Below, piece by piece: positions 27,061 through 40,866 of a stretch of DNA of 64,000 nucleotides; position 1 is the first letter of the stretch, and the number at the start of each line of letters is the position of its first letter. The stretch is from Octopus sinensis (lineage: Eukaryota). The stretch covers positions 142,414,001 to 142,478,000 of the forward strand of contig NC_043000.1 in the NCBI RefSeq assembly GCF_006345805.1, read 5' to 3'. The notes below the pieces were generated by a model. That model had not been told where the DNA came from, did no database searches, and saw only the letters and a list, made by a program, of their open reading frames with translations. A program made the translations under genes and the position numbers.

Positions 27061-27234
27061 GTATGTATATGTATATATTTACATCTCGAACATTGATAGA
27101 ATTACATATGTAGTATTGCGAATCTTAGCACAGTCCTTATAAACTAACCTGTCAAGTACAGACACTACCGATTTATCTAAAGAAAAATGTACGTAAATAG
27201 TGATACACACACACACACACACACACACATACAC

Positions 27235-27297
<63 letters not shown>

Positions 27298-27546
27298 ATA
27301 CATGTGCTTGCTCCAAAATATGCGAGCGAGTGTATTTGTGTGAATGTACTTATGATATATATACACAAATGCATATAGATAGATATAGTGATGCATAAAT
27401 AGATGTATTAATGCATATATAGATATTTATATATTCACGCGCGCACACAATAATCGTAATAAGAAATATGTGGTAATCATCGTGTTGCGCGTATTTTTGT
27501 TAATTTATGTCTGTGTTTGGAGAGTACAAACATAACAATATATATG

Positions 27547-27600
<54 letters not shown>

Positions 27601-27754
27601 CATATATACATATATATTTACATATGCGTATAGATATACATATATATATATATGTATGTATGTATGTATGTAGGAATATGTACGTATATATATATATCTG
27701 TATATATTCATATATATATATGTATATATGTATATACCTATATATATATATAGT

Positions 27755-27960
27755 TAATCCAAACATGAACAAACAGAAAACACAACAACGCGAGGTCGTG
27801 GAACAAGTATAGTGTTAGTGGACGCTCAAGAAAGGAAAGAAAGAAGGAGGATTTACCGTTTCTAGCGGAGCTCTTCATCACAGACATAGAAAAGGAAAAG
27901 GTCCAAGGAAGGGAAGACGGAGAAAGAAAATCGCCATCGATACACACGCTGTCACATATT
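27755..27960 (-). mobile_element. Short repeat with degenerate HHR-like motif, tail ending at (TA)n
   Basis: Minus strand GTGATGA AGAGC tcc GCTA GAAACGGTA at about 27850-27885; C3 and stem I are degenerate. Confidence 0.4.
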
Positions 27961-28044
27961 GAAAAAAAAAAATATATATATATATATATAGTAATCACAT
28001 GCGCACATTAATGTGTCTACCCGGTAGAAATAAGCATCAAAACT

Positions 28045-28530
28045 CTTATTTCGACCACCAAAATATGATTTACACTGGAAACAATAGATTCAATGGTAAT
28101 TAGCAGATCAAAAATATCTCTCACATACCAATATAGCATAAAGATATATATTCACTGGTACAGGTATATATGTAGACTGATTTCTGGTTTGATACAAATA
28201 TCGTATAAATATGTCATAAATATTCACTTATGAATATTTTGCTGCCGAATATTTTTCACGCTGAGGCTGTTCGCATTTTGGCGCTATGCAATTAAGGACG
28301 TCAGCAGATATCAATGTAGCTGCATAGGATAATGTTTCAAAGGGTTAAGATGTGCTGAAGAAGGTAAGATCTTTGCATCAAACCAGAAACTAGGCCACAT
28401 ACATACCTGTACCAGTAAATATTTAGCCTTATGCTATATTGGTATGTAAGAGATCTATTCGATCAGCTAGTTACCTGTTGAATCTGTTGTTTGCAGTGTA
28501 AATATATTTGGTGGCCCAAATAATAGTTTT
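28045..28530. repeat. Diverged ~160-bp inverted repeat; right arm carries an HHR-like motif
   Basis: Arms at about 28045-28205 and 28365-28530. Plus strand ATGTG CTGAAGA A GGT..ACC A GAAA CTAG G C CACAT at 28350-28400. Confidence 0.7.
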
Positions 28531-28726
28531 GTCCCTTTTTACTAGCGGGTGGAATCTGTAATGTTTCCTTATGATTAATATCATTTTAAATCTTTTCCTA
28601 TAAAAAGCTATTTTTATGCTTGCAATCACCTATATTACCAGCTATTTATATTGCCTTCGATAATAATAGAAATATTTATTTCTTATAAATATTCACTTCC
28701 GAATATTTTGTTGCTAATATATAAGG

Positions 28727-28810
28727 TTTCTCCAATTTCTGCTTTATTTGAATGCTATATATATATATATATATATATATAGCATTCAAATAAAGCAGAA
28801 ATTGGAGAAA
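28727..28810. repeat. Perfect 84-bp palindrome centred on (TA)13
   Basis: tttctccaatttctgctttatttgaatgc-(TA)13-gcattcaaataaagcagaaattggagaaa. Confidence 0.95.
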
Positions 28811-29059
28811 ACTTTTGATCAACAAACATGCTCATAGAATACAGGCAATAAAAAATAAACAATCATTAAATATTTTCTCGAGTGCGATAATCTTATCTTT
28901 GTGAGAACTTATAATAGATTTATTTAATGGAATGTTTTGCCTGCGCAAGAGATTGCTCAAAGTAAATATTGTTCACTTACAAACATACATACACACACTC
29001 ACCTGCACTAGGTTCTAAAATCCATTGTCAATATTTCTAGATTCTTAACGGTGACTCGC

Positions 29060-29480
29060 TAGGAGAATCATTAGTACGCCAGGCAGAATACTCAGCGGTA
29101 GTCCGTCCATCATTGTGTTCTGATTTGAAATTCCAGCGAGGCCACTTTGCTTTTCATCCATTCGGCGCCTGATAAACTAAGTACCTATTTCTTTATTACC
29201 CACAAGGGGCTAAACACAGAGGGGACAAACAAGGACAGACATAGGTATTAAGTCGATTACATAGACCCCAGTGCGTAACTGGTACTTAATTTATCGACCC
29301 CGAAAGGATGAAAGGCAAAGTCGACCTCGACAGAATTTGAACTCACAACGTAACGCAGACGAAATACCGCTAAGCATTTCGCCCGGCGTGCCAACGTTTC
29401 TGCCAACTCGCCGCCTTATAAACTAAGTACCGTTAAGCAATGTGGTTGACGTAATCAACTTGCCTTCTTCCCACCGATTG
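29060..29480 (+). mobile_element. Old SINE family C copy split by a younger antisense copy
   Basis: cagaatactcagcggta...actttgcttttcatccattcgg...ataaactaagtacc, resuming at 29418 with ataaactaagtaccg...gtggttgacgtaatcaact. Confidence 0.7.
29186..29417 (-). mobile_element. tRNA-derived SINE family C with 14-bp TSD
   Basis: Minus head AGGCGGCGAGTTGGCAGAAACGTT...GAGTTCAAATTC; close to 59321-59556; ATAAACTAAGTACC at 29172-29185 and 29418-29431. Confidence 0.9.
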
Positions 29481-29514
29481 TTGGTCTTGTGCAATATTTC
29501 TAGATTTCTCAAAG

Positions 29515-29700
29515 TGGCTAAGCTGGTAGAATCGGAGAGACTTCGGGCAAAATGCTTAGTGGCATTTCGTCCGTTCTATCTTCAAAATCCATCGAAGTCG
29601 ACTTTACTTTTTATCTCTTTCGGTGGCGATAAAATAAATACCTACCATTTGAATTCTATGGTCGATGTAATCGACTATCACCTTTCCCCAGATTTCCAAC
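29515..29700 (+). mobile_element. Old SINE family C copy
   Basis: gggcaaaatgcttagtggcatttcgtcc...gaagtcgactttacttttatctctttcggtggcgataaaat...gatgtaatcgact. Confidence 0.7.
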
Positions 29701-30399
29701 CTTCATAGTAGAAAGGAATATTTCTAGACTTATCTTGTCCCATATTCAGAATGCAGTGATATAACAGCTGCTTCATTTACAAAGAAGGGTTACTAAGCTT
29801 GGTGTTGCCGTTATAAAAAAAATCTGAATTGTGACAGTGTGATATAAATATCACATCTTCCGTTAAGTGATTGGTTTTTGTGATATGTGTAAGCTATCAG
29901 TGTGATGGCATTGAATACTGTTTCCAATAATAATTGTTTATGCTTAGATATATTTTCGAAGTAGGTTTTCCTAATTTTCTTGCGTGCCTTGTGTTGGAAG
30001 GCATTACAAGTGCTTTTTATTCTAACTACTTACTGATATGGAGAGAGTGTCAGAATTTCAAGGACAATTTGATGACGATAAGCATCTAGAAGCTTACAAA
30101 AAAAAAAAAATTATATATCAGAGTGATCAGCATTAACTTCCGAGACGGTATATATGTTTGTGGTTTGCTATTGGTATGACTGTAAATTTTAGCATTCGAT
30201 ATAAATTACTAGTTCAAGCACAACAGCAATACCTTTGCGTTCTTCACAATGCAGATTATATAAGCATCATGTGGAGCAAACATATGTTCTCTCCTAGCGC
30301 TCATATTTGCGAAAGTCTGTGATTTTATACGAGAAATCATAATTTATTAAAGATAGAAATATACGTTATATCACGAAAACCTGCGCTGACATTGAAGAA

Positions 30400-31200
30400 T
30401 TAAGGAAAGACCTAACAAATAAATGTGTACCAAAATTCAATACCAATATCAGCAAAATAAAGCTGCTTGTATAAACTGAATCCATTTACAGACATGAATA
30501 TTTAGATTGAAAATAAGATGCAATACGTTTCTTTTCACCCAAAACACCAGTACTACTTTGTATGGGCGCAATGAGTGTATATAAAAATACCTTAAAAAAA
30601 CATTTATAATTGCAATTATTAGTGAAGCAATCCACAGGATAAAACAATTACTAATCAACAATCGGTGTTCTACCAAAAATGCAGAATAAGACAGGCAAAG
30701 ATACAAAATACGAAATATCATATTACACGAATTACAAAAAAATTGTATTATATAAAAGAAATCCATATAATTTAGAGAACAGATGAACATATTAAGAATA
30801 GACGAGCACACTATCAAGAACCTAATGTCTCAAAATGTAAATTACATTACACCAAACGATAAATTTGAACTAATATATTTCAAATATAGCAAATGTAATA
30901 TTAAATATATTCCTATTAAAGATAAAATAGATGCGTGTATACCATTAGATGTGCTAATAATGAGTAATACAGTTTATAAATTTGATTGCAAATGTAAAGT
31001 TTGCTAACTACATGACACCGCCTCCATATACTGCTCACAATCACTCCAGGTTAGCGTGTACGTGAAGCAGAGGTAAAATACAATACTCTACATAACGTAA
31101 TATAAAAATATATCTAAATAGGTATACATTGGTGCAAAACACTTCCATAAAAGATTAATAATGGAAGCACTACAAATATCATAACATAATGCTAAAACAA
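30400..31200 (+). pseudogene. Old Penelope-like RT/GIY-YIG relic from a different family
   Basis: SEAIHRIKQLLINN, EHTIKNLMSQNVNYITPNDKFELIYFK, SNTVYKFDCKC and RLIMEALQI resemble PLE thumb/GIY-YIG motifs; many stops and frameshifts. Confidence 0.7.
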
Positions 31201-32887
31201 TTCAGCATACACCAGTAAACTTTCACTGGTGGCGTAAAGTCTGTCTTAAAATTCGAATTCTAGTATAATCTATACATCACTCTTTGTGGACTAGCGAAGT
31301 ATAAAGAGGCAACAACACATGTCAATGTCATTTCAACCTAAATATGAGAGCATAAAGGTCTAGAAAGTCTGGTTTCTGAGTTGAAGAATGTCAGAATTTT
31401 ACCAACTGTATATACCTCAAACTAAACTTGTGAAAAAATACATATGATAAATCTGTAAAATGATAGTCTATTTAAAACGGATTATTGAAAATAGTTACAC
31501 ACACATTAAAAAAACCCAGTTGTTTAAAAAATCATTTACTTATGTCATCTTACATGAGTTCTGCTAACAATAATATCTGTTATATGAGGCAAAACTAAGA
31601 AACTGATGACACGATGAAATCTTCGGAGGTTGCGTAATAAACCTAAATAAACTTGCAATTAATAATAGAGATTATTATGGCTTCAAAACGTTAAAATATT
31701 TTTAAAGATCTTAAATACTAAGGAAAAATTAACTAATCCTTCTACTTTAGCATTTAAGTAAATAATTTGACGCCTTTACCACAGTAATTAAGGTCATTAA
31801 TACTATAGATGTTGTTTGATGACTATTACATTGATTAAAGTTTATTTGTGTTTTACACAGTCTATAAAAATTTGATCGTGTAATCGGTTTCTGAAAGTTT
31901 GATACTGCAATATACTTCAAGGTTTTAACTTATATAACGGCTATTTTTCTTTATGAAACACGTATAAAATAAGTTGACAAAATGATTCAAGAACAATCTA
32001 TCTACTCTTTTTCTTTCTATATATATTCTGTGTACTTTCAGGCTATGGAGACTAGAGTCGTAGGAAAGTATGGTCTATTAAACGCGGGTTCTCTTCGCAG
32101 TTTTGTCTCAGATATATAAGGGGACACATGGAAATCTGAATATTGTTATATGCCATGCAAATTTCGTTTAAATTCACTACATAATGATATGTGTGTGAGG
32201 GTGAGTTGGATGTGTGAGCGCGTCAGTTAAATTTAGGCGAAATTCTAATCAATTAACAGAAATTTACAATAGACATGGGAAATATTATTGGGAATATGTT
32301 TGATATTGGCAATATAGTAGCAACTTCGAATATGCTTGGCCATTATACCCTCTGTCAAGAATGACTGTACAATCAGATATGAACCTATAACCTTATTTAA
32401 TTAATTTTATTGAATTAGAAATTTGGTGAGTTTCCCCGTATATCTTAACTTAAATTGATTATTAAGCTAATTATTTTTCTGCCTAAGACGTTTATAAGTT
32501 TCGTTAGCGCAATATTTTCCTCCACTAATCACAGACTTTATTGCAGCCAAGTGATTGAGTTGTCATCCCTAGTAGGTTAAGACGCCACTCAGTGTATAGT
32601 CTTAAACAATGTAAATTTTTCTCAAGGTACGTTTTATAGCAGGATTGTGAAGGTCTAATGAAAGCAGAAACACGTCTCCCAAACTGACACCGTAATATCA
32701 AGATCAGGCAATTCAGTGCATCTAAATGATATTAAATCTCGTGTCCCTGCTTCTCCTCATCGCGGATGCTCGCATTGTTATGTCGGTTAATATATAGTTG
32801 ACCATTTAGGGTTTTTTTTTACATGCACCCTTTTTTGTTTGTGGCCTACACAAAATAGATTTGCCAATATGTTAGATTACACACACA

Positions 32888-32997
<110 letters not shown>

Positions 32998-32999
32998 AT

Positions 33000-33150
33000 A
33001 ATAAATATTAGGAATAAATCCAAACTTACAGGGAAAAATTAGATTTAGGATTGAATCCAATTTTATAGTAAAATATTATATTATATTAAATTAGAGATAA
33101 AACCACTATTAGGCAAATCAAACAATGAAAAACTTAAGCCAATACATATG
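33000..33150 (-). mobile_element. Family P1 copy, truncated before the HHR
   Basis: Matches 14134-14250 (reverse complement) and 56963-57112; abuts (TA)n. Confidence 0.75.
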
Positions 33151-33207
33151 ATTAATTTATATTATTTAAATATGTAACAAAATTATTAAAAAATATAATT
33201 AATATCA

Positions 33208-33247
<40 letters not shown>

Positions 33248-33350
33248 ACAATTGAGGGTAAAATTAATTAATCAATTTCACCAAGTGTTCAGTATGTAAA
33301 AGGACCATTTAAGGCGAATTCAAAATATTACATTATATATAATATATATA

Positions 33351-33392
<42 letters not shown>

Positions 33393-33420
33393 TATATATA
33401 TATGTATGTATGTATGTAAA

Positions 33421-33535
33421 AGAGCATAGGCTCGAAACGTAAAAGACTTCTTCTATACCTGAGCGTTATACTAATACAGCTGTTTGTTTTGTACACCACC
33501 TGTCTTCGTCTTTTGTGTTTTTCGTAAACTCTCCC

Positions 33536-33540
<5 letters not shown>
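33421..33540 (+). mobile_element. Family P2 fragment: HHR 3' half plus tail ending in (TA)n
   Basis: A GAGC atag GCTC GAAACGT, then about 95 nt shared in reverse with 44460-44580. Confidence 0.6.
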
Positions 33541-33634
<94 letters not shown>

Positions 33635-34772
33635 TGGCACAAAAAGACGACTGGCTAAAATGTGCCAACCGAGTAAACCAAATTCCAAGCAGAGAACAAA
33701 ACTAGTTGAAAAGTAATAAAATTGTTACTACTCAGGGATTAACTACAAATCTTGTCATGAGAGATCATTGTAAATTCCCGAATTACTCTCGTGCATACGC
33801 GATGGGCACAGGTGAAATAGATTCATCTGTGGATCGAAACAACGTCGCAATATATTCTTGAGCTGTATTTCACCGCAAAACTCAACTGACTTCTGATATC
33901 TTTGTATGTTAATTCTATTTTATCAATATTGCAAGGCTATTCTAATCACCCGAGTGTTTATGATATACATATGACACAAGAAAGTAATTTGATAATTGGA
34001 ATAGAATATATTCTCAAGAATACGGCTGTGGCATTATTGAATTTAGCTGAAGAAAAATGATATCTTCCATAAACATAATTTATTACGATGAATGATATAT
34101 ACCATATAACCATTAAGAGGAAGTTTGCAGCTGCTCTAATCTCTAACGAGAGATTACTAAGACCTTGGAAGCTAATATTTCTCTCACACATGTGAGACGA
34201 ACTATTCAACTATGCATAGTCACCTTATGAGTGTGCATATACAGTCATTCATCTATTCCCAAATGCACATATATTAGCATACATCCACACAAACAGCACA
34301 CATAAGTGTATGTATATATGTATGCATATATGTATGTATATATATACACATACATACAAATAAAAATATATATGTATAATATATATTTAAATAATTTGTA
34401 TCTATATAAGTGTACGTGTGTGCGAGCGCGTGTGTATACTTACGTGTGCATCTGCGTATGTATGTGTGCATGCTTAAACACTTAATATCTTTGGCATTCT
34501 CAAAATGATATACGACAATTTATGAATATATGTGTATACATGATTAAAAAAAGGTCACCATTTATCTATGCACATAGACATTAGACTATACTGTATATAT
34601 GAATTAATTATTCTCATATTAATATGAAGCAATTTTTGATGCATGATATTCGTATTTCCTGAGTAATACATTTCTATAACAGAACACCACAAGTATTCAA
34701 AGCATTAATCATAATTAAACTTCATTGTACCCACACACTGAAAGTCACACACGTATAAACACATTTATGATT

Positions 34773-34876
<104 letters not shown>

Positions 34877-35299
34877 ATATGTATATATATATATGCATAC
34901 GCACACATATGATATCTATATATTGATGTGCACTCACATTTACACATACACACATAAATATATATACACACACAAACACACAAACATACACAAACTCACA
35001 AACAAAAACACTCACACACATACATTTATATATATAGTGAAACTGAACACTTATTGACTTTTGTTTATTGTACATATTTCTATGTTGGTTATAGAGAGCG
35101 TGAATGTACTGGCATTAGAGTAAAAATTATATCTATATATCAATACTCTTCATTGAATTATTTCTTTCGACTGAAAATTTATCAAATACGAATGATTACA
35201 TACATACATACATCCGAATAGGCGCACACATACACACACGCACACACATATGTATATATATATATATATATATATGCATATATATATACATTCAAAGAG

Positions 35300-36060
35300 A
35301 AAACAATTGAATAACTCAAACAAAAAAGGAGGAACAACAATAACCAACAAACGGAAATAAATGGAAATGCATGGGGAATTGATGCAGCCAACCGTAGATA
35401 TTATAAGCAATTCCCGCTGGCTTTCGTTGACAAACTGTAATTTGAAACGAGAAACAAAAGCATGAAATATAGCCGCTCAGGAACAATCCTTCGCAACAAA
35501 TTTCATCAATGCAACACAGTGAGACATCAAGTGTATGACCAGCTGGAAAGGATACAAGAGTATCAACCACTCTTTGGAGTGAGAGAATATATTGCCACGA
35601 AAAGAGCACAAATGCAAACGTGACTGTATAGGCAAAAGAGTGCATTGGAATATGTGTCAGGAAATTGCCCTGAAAACAAGTAGTATGAATACAAACAAAA
35701 TGAGAACAAGATCTTGTGGGATTTCTTCATAATCACTGACCATTCTAGAGCCAGGAAGATCATATATGATTATACAGGACAAAATAGACAAACAGTGCGA
35801 CATCATAGAATTACCTCTGATAGCAGAAACGATGCCAAAGAAATGGAAAAATTGGGAAATACTAGGATCTGAATAGAGAGCTGAGAAGACTGTGGTAGAC
35901 CAAGAAAACAATTTTTCCTGTAGTAATAGGTACATGTGGCACAACACTAAAAACCTTACTTAAAAGGCTGACAGAGACTGGATCTGTAACTCGTGTAATC
36001 GGCCTGCAGAAAAAATTATTATATTATATGTGCATTTTTAAAAAGTTAATTGAGAAACAC
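35300..36060 (+). pseudogene. Old R4/Dong-like LINE 3' relic (RLE region)
   Basis: AAQEQSFATNFIN, HWNMCQE, ILWDFFIITDH and KEMEK...RLW fragments, followed by (AAC)n(AAT)n. Confidence 0.65.
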
Positions 36061-36134
36061 GTTACCAACACTAAAGACAAAATACCTGCTAAATAAATTA
36101 GCAACAACAACAACAACAGCAATAATAATTAATG

Positions 36135-36685
36135 TCTTGATGCAGTACCAGGCAGTGGCTCTCATGGCTTCTTATCTTAACTGATTGGAAGTATTATTAT
36201 GTTCGTTGATTTGTCTTGGTATAAAAGTTGGTCTACAGCAAATATTCTACTCAGTACCACATTTGCTAGTCAGTTGTTTCACCTTAACCAGTTGAGCATG
36301 ACCCGTAGTGGCTGACTATATGTGCATCTCTGATCACGATCAAAAATTAGTGGGGAAGCATCATAGCCATGTGTTGAGAGGCATTCTTTGGGGTTTGCAT
36401 AATTCACCTTTAGAAACATGGGTGTTTCGTTCAATACCACAAAACAACCCATATTCTGGAACCTTTTGAACGGGATGGGCTACTGGACTTGTAGAAAATT
36501 CTAACTGGGCCTCACGTGTAAGATCATGCTCTGTTGATCTTGATATGAGATCACCAGTTCGCGCATACGTTGGTGATGCATATGTCTGGTGTACCCTTAT
36601 CAGGCAGGTGGTCATGAAATGTATACTGGGCTTCATATATTTTACCCGTGTCACTTTGATGGCATACACGGCACTCTCACCTCAA
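36135..36685. other. Unclassified ~550-bp non-coding segment between trinucleotide microsatellites
   Basis: Complex, GC-richer sequence sharply bounded by (AAC/AAT)n and (TAC/TAA)n; no credible ORF. Confidence 0.4.
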
Positions 36686-36689
36686 GTTA

Positions 36690-36736
<47 letters not shown>

Positions 36737-36775
36737 ATAATAATAATAATATAATAATAATATAATAATAATATA

Positions 36776-36807
<32 letters not shown>

Positions 36808-36808
36808 G

Positions 36809-36840
<32 letters not shown>

Positions 36841-36843
36841 GAT

Positions 36844-36898
<55 letters not shown>
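36690..36898. repeat. Compound (TAC)n-(TAA)n-(TGA)n-(TAA)n microsatellite
   Basis: Visible directly in the sequence. Confidence 0.95.
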
Positions 36899-36902
<4 letters not shown>

Positions 36903-39900
36903 GGAAGAACGCCGGGGGACTTTTAAGGAAAATTCAGAGCTCCGAAACCTATCCACAAACATCGAAAACAAGGACATCCTATGGAGCCAAAGTTTTACTA
37001 ACAAAGAATTGAACTGTATCCGAGTAAGTAATACTAATTGAAATTTATTACTATTTTCGAAACGAAATGATGTATTTTGACTCGATATCATCTCCACCTC
37101 TAACGCAACACATGTAAACATGCGTGAAACATCACGATCATCCCCGACTCCAAACACCATGTACAAAGGAACTACGAAGAAATTAAATGCCACCGATACT
37201 ATTCAACCCAAGAATAACAATCGAGCGGTACGTACATTAAACCTACAACAAAAAATGTACGAAAAACTACACGTGCGAAATAATGTGACAACAGAAATAA
37301 ACGGACCGGTACCCTACGAAAATGACGACCGTCAAAATAATGGGCCGGGCGTTGTCCCTCATGTCCCGCAAATAAAACCCAAAAGACGTAAATGGACACG
37401 TGAGGAATACATTTCTATCTTACACGCATTCTTCACAGCAGTACTCTACCCAAAAAATGAAAATACAACAACACATACATATAAAATATGGAAGGAAAAT
37501 AATAGAGATATAGACTTGGATACAGCAATGAACCCTAATAAATTAGCTAACGTACGAAGATACATTCTCAAACCAAAAAAATATCAGAAATAAAAATAGA
37601 ACATTTAAAAAAAAATACACCAGGAAATGTAGATAGAAGCCACACAACAATGCCCATAATATAAACACTGAAACTGTAAAACACGAAGACAAACGCAACA
37701 TTCCCAACAAACACGATGTAAACAAGGAAGGGGGGGCCTAATGATTATGATAATATAAAAAATAAAATAATCAAAGAACTGAAAACCACAGAGCTCAAAA
37801 TGGACCACCGACCATACCTCCCAAGAATCAAAATAAACGAAATAACAACACCTATTATAAACAGCATAAACCTAGCCGTCACTGAACTGATAGCCACTGA
37901 ATCAAAAAAAAGTGATATCACTGAGCTAAATAACCTAATATACGCAGCAGCCACTGCAGCCACAAAAAGAAGCTGGATACTCACCCAAACCCGCCCAGAC
38001 AGTAGTAACCCCACCCAAACAAACCCTGTGGATAAATAACATCCAAAGCAAAATAAAAAAAATTAGAAAAGACCTGTCGATTCTTAATGAAATCAGCAAA
38101 AAATCAACGCTACTGAGCAACAAAAAGAGAACAAAAATAATCCGCAAATATAACATCACAGAGAAAGATTTGCCTGAAATAAAAGAAAAGCTGAAGCAAG
38201 ATATCCTTGCCAAAGCACAAAGGATCCGCCGGTACAAGAAACGCCAACGCTTCTTTGAACAGAACAAAAAGTTCAACTCCGACCCCAAAAAGTTCTACCA
38301 AGAACTGGGCAAAAATAAAATAGAAGTCACTGCAGCACCAACGGCAGAAGAATTGGAAGAATTCTGGAAAGAAATATGGTCGGCGAACGAACAGCCAAAA
38401 AAAAGGAGTATGAAAATAACAAACTCGGCATCTGAACAACTTTGGACCCCCATAACAACTGAAGAGGTCACCCAGGCACTGCAAAAACTAAGCAACTGGA
38501 AGGCACCTGGGCATGACAAGATCCCCAACTTCTGGTTGAAATATCTAACAGGAATGCACAAAAAGATGGCTGAAAACTTTAACAGCATACTAGCAGAGCC
38601 AGAGACAATGCCTGAATGGCTCACGAAGGGGAAAACCATCTTAATTCCCAAATCAAATGAAACAGAAAAACCAGAAAACTACAGACCAATAACCTGCCTC
38701 CCTACTATGTTCAAGGCATTTACTGCAGTGATATCACAAAGGCTGAACAAGCACCTGGACGAAAACAAACTGTTCCCAGAAGAACAGAAAGGATGCCGCA
38801 AAGGCTCATATGGCTGTAAAGATCAACTAATGATTAATAAAGCCATAACTGAAGACAGCCACAGAAAGAAGAAAGGCCTCAGTATGGCCTGGATTGACTA
38901 CAAAAAGGCGTTTGATAGCATCCCCCACACATGGATCCTCGAAACACTAGCCATTAACAAAGTAGCACCAACAATCATAAAATTCATAGAGCACTCTATG
39001 AATAAATGGCAAACAGTCCTACACCTCCAAACAAAAAGGGACTCATGAAAACCAAAGACATCCCCATTAGAAGAGGAATATTCCAGGGAGACACGCTCTC
39101 TCCACTCCTTTTCTGCTTGGCACTGTCACCTCTATCTGATATGCTAAATAGAACTGGATGCGGATATAAATGTTACGGCAAAACGATCAGCCACCTTTTA
39201 TATATGGATGACCTAAAACTATACGCTGCAAATGACAAACAGCTGGAAACACTATTAAAGACAGTTCATGGATTTACCAAAGAAATAGATATGAAATTTG
39301 GATTAGAAAAATGCACCAAAGTAACCATGAAAAGAGGAAAACTAGTTAAGAGTAACAACATCACACTAGATAAAACCAATGAAATAAAAGAATTAGACCA
39401 AAGCCAAACTTACAAATACTTAGGAATCCATGAACTAGATAAGACACAACACACACAAATGAAAGAGAAAATAAAAAAAAAAATGTTATAGACGAGTTAG
39501 ATCAATACTAAACACAGAGCTCAATGCCAAAAACAAGATAATAGGTATCAACACTTTAGCTGTCCCAGTTATAAGTTACAGCTACAATATCCTTAACTGG
39601 ACACGAAATGAACTGACCAAAATAGACAGGAAATCAAGAAAAATAATGACAGGATCTAGGATGCATCACCCAAAATCTGACATAGAAAGACTATATATAC
39701 AACGTATAGAAGGTGGTAGAGGCCTTATACAGCTGGAAAACTACTATAAAATAACCACCATAGGACTGCAAAAATATCTACTTCAGAAGGAAGGAAAACT
39801 GATCCAGATAGCGGCAAAACACGAGCAAAACAAAAAACTGTTCTCAGTATTTAAGGAAGCTGACAAATACAAACAAGAAATCATACCACCTAATAAACAT

Positions 39901-40866
39901 GAAGAAGAAGAAGAAGAAGAAGAAGAAACAACAAAAGCTATAAAACAAATGAAATCCAAACTAAAAATAGAACAGCAACGAATCATGATAAAACGATGGC
40001 AAGAAAAGCCCCTTCATGGTAAATACTGCACTAAACTAAACGCAAAAGAAATAGACAAAGAAAAATCCCAGCAATGGTTGAGAAGCTCAGGACTCAAAGC
40101 AGAAACAGAGGGATTTTTAATTGCAGCACAAGACCAAAGCCTCCCCACCAGAAATTACCAAAAACATGTAATGAAAAGAAATATTACAAGTAACTGCAGA
40201 ATATGTGGAGATGGACAAGAAACAATAAATCATATTATCTCTAGCTGCCCAGTCCTGGCTAAGAAGGAATATATTCACAGACATGACAGAGTTGGAACCT
40301 ACATACATTGAAGCTATGCCAACATTATGGAATAACAACAGAAAAAAGATGGTATAGGCACACACCAGAAAAGGTCACAGAAAACGAGAAAGCAACCATA
40401 CTCTGGGATATGCCGATACACACAGATAGAAAAATTAAGGCCAACAGACCAGATATAGTTGTCAGAGACCATGAAGAAAAAAATGCTTTCTAATTGATGT
40501 ATCAATACCGGCTGATGACAACGTTTCTCTAAAAGAAATGGAGAAACTCTCAAAATACAAAGACCTGGAAATAGAGGTAACTAGAATGTGGAATCTGAAA
40601 ACAGAAACAATTCCTATCATAGTAGGTGCATTAGGCATGATAAAAAAATATTCAGACAAATACATAACAAAAACACCAGGACTTACAAACACATATAACA
40701 TACAGAAAATTGCACTACTAGGCACTGCACACATCCTACGCAGAACACCTTCCATACAATAACCATCAGAGCATCACAACAAATCACAGCACATACCCAA
40801 GGCACACAGAGCTGCGCTCGGTAGTGAAGTGAAAGCACGCTATAAAATAAAAATAAAACTACTGAA
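36899..40866 (+). mobile_element. Near full-length R4/Dong-clade RLE LINE
   Basis: RRKWTREE, KAPGHDKI, NYRPITCL, QKGCRKG, IDYKKAFDSIPH, GIFQGDTLSPLLF, LLYMDDLKLY, YKYLG, CCHC knuckle CRIC..ETINHIISSC, RHD, RPDIVV, KLSKYKDL; (TAA)n on both flanks; several frameshifts. Confidence 0.95.
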
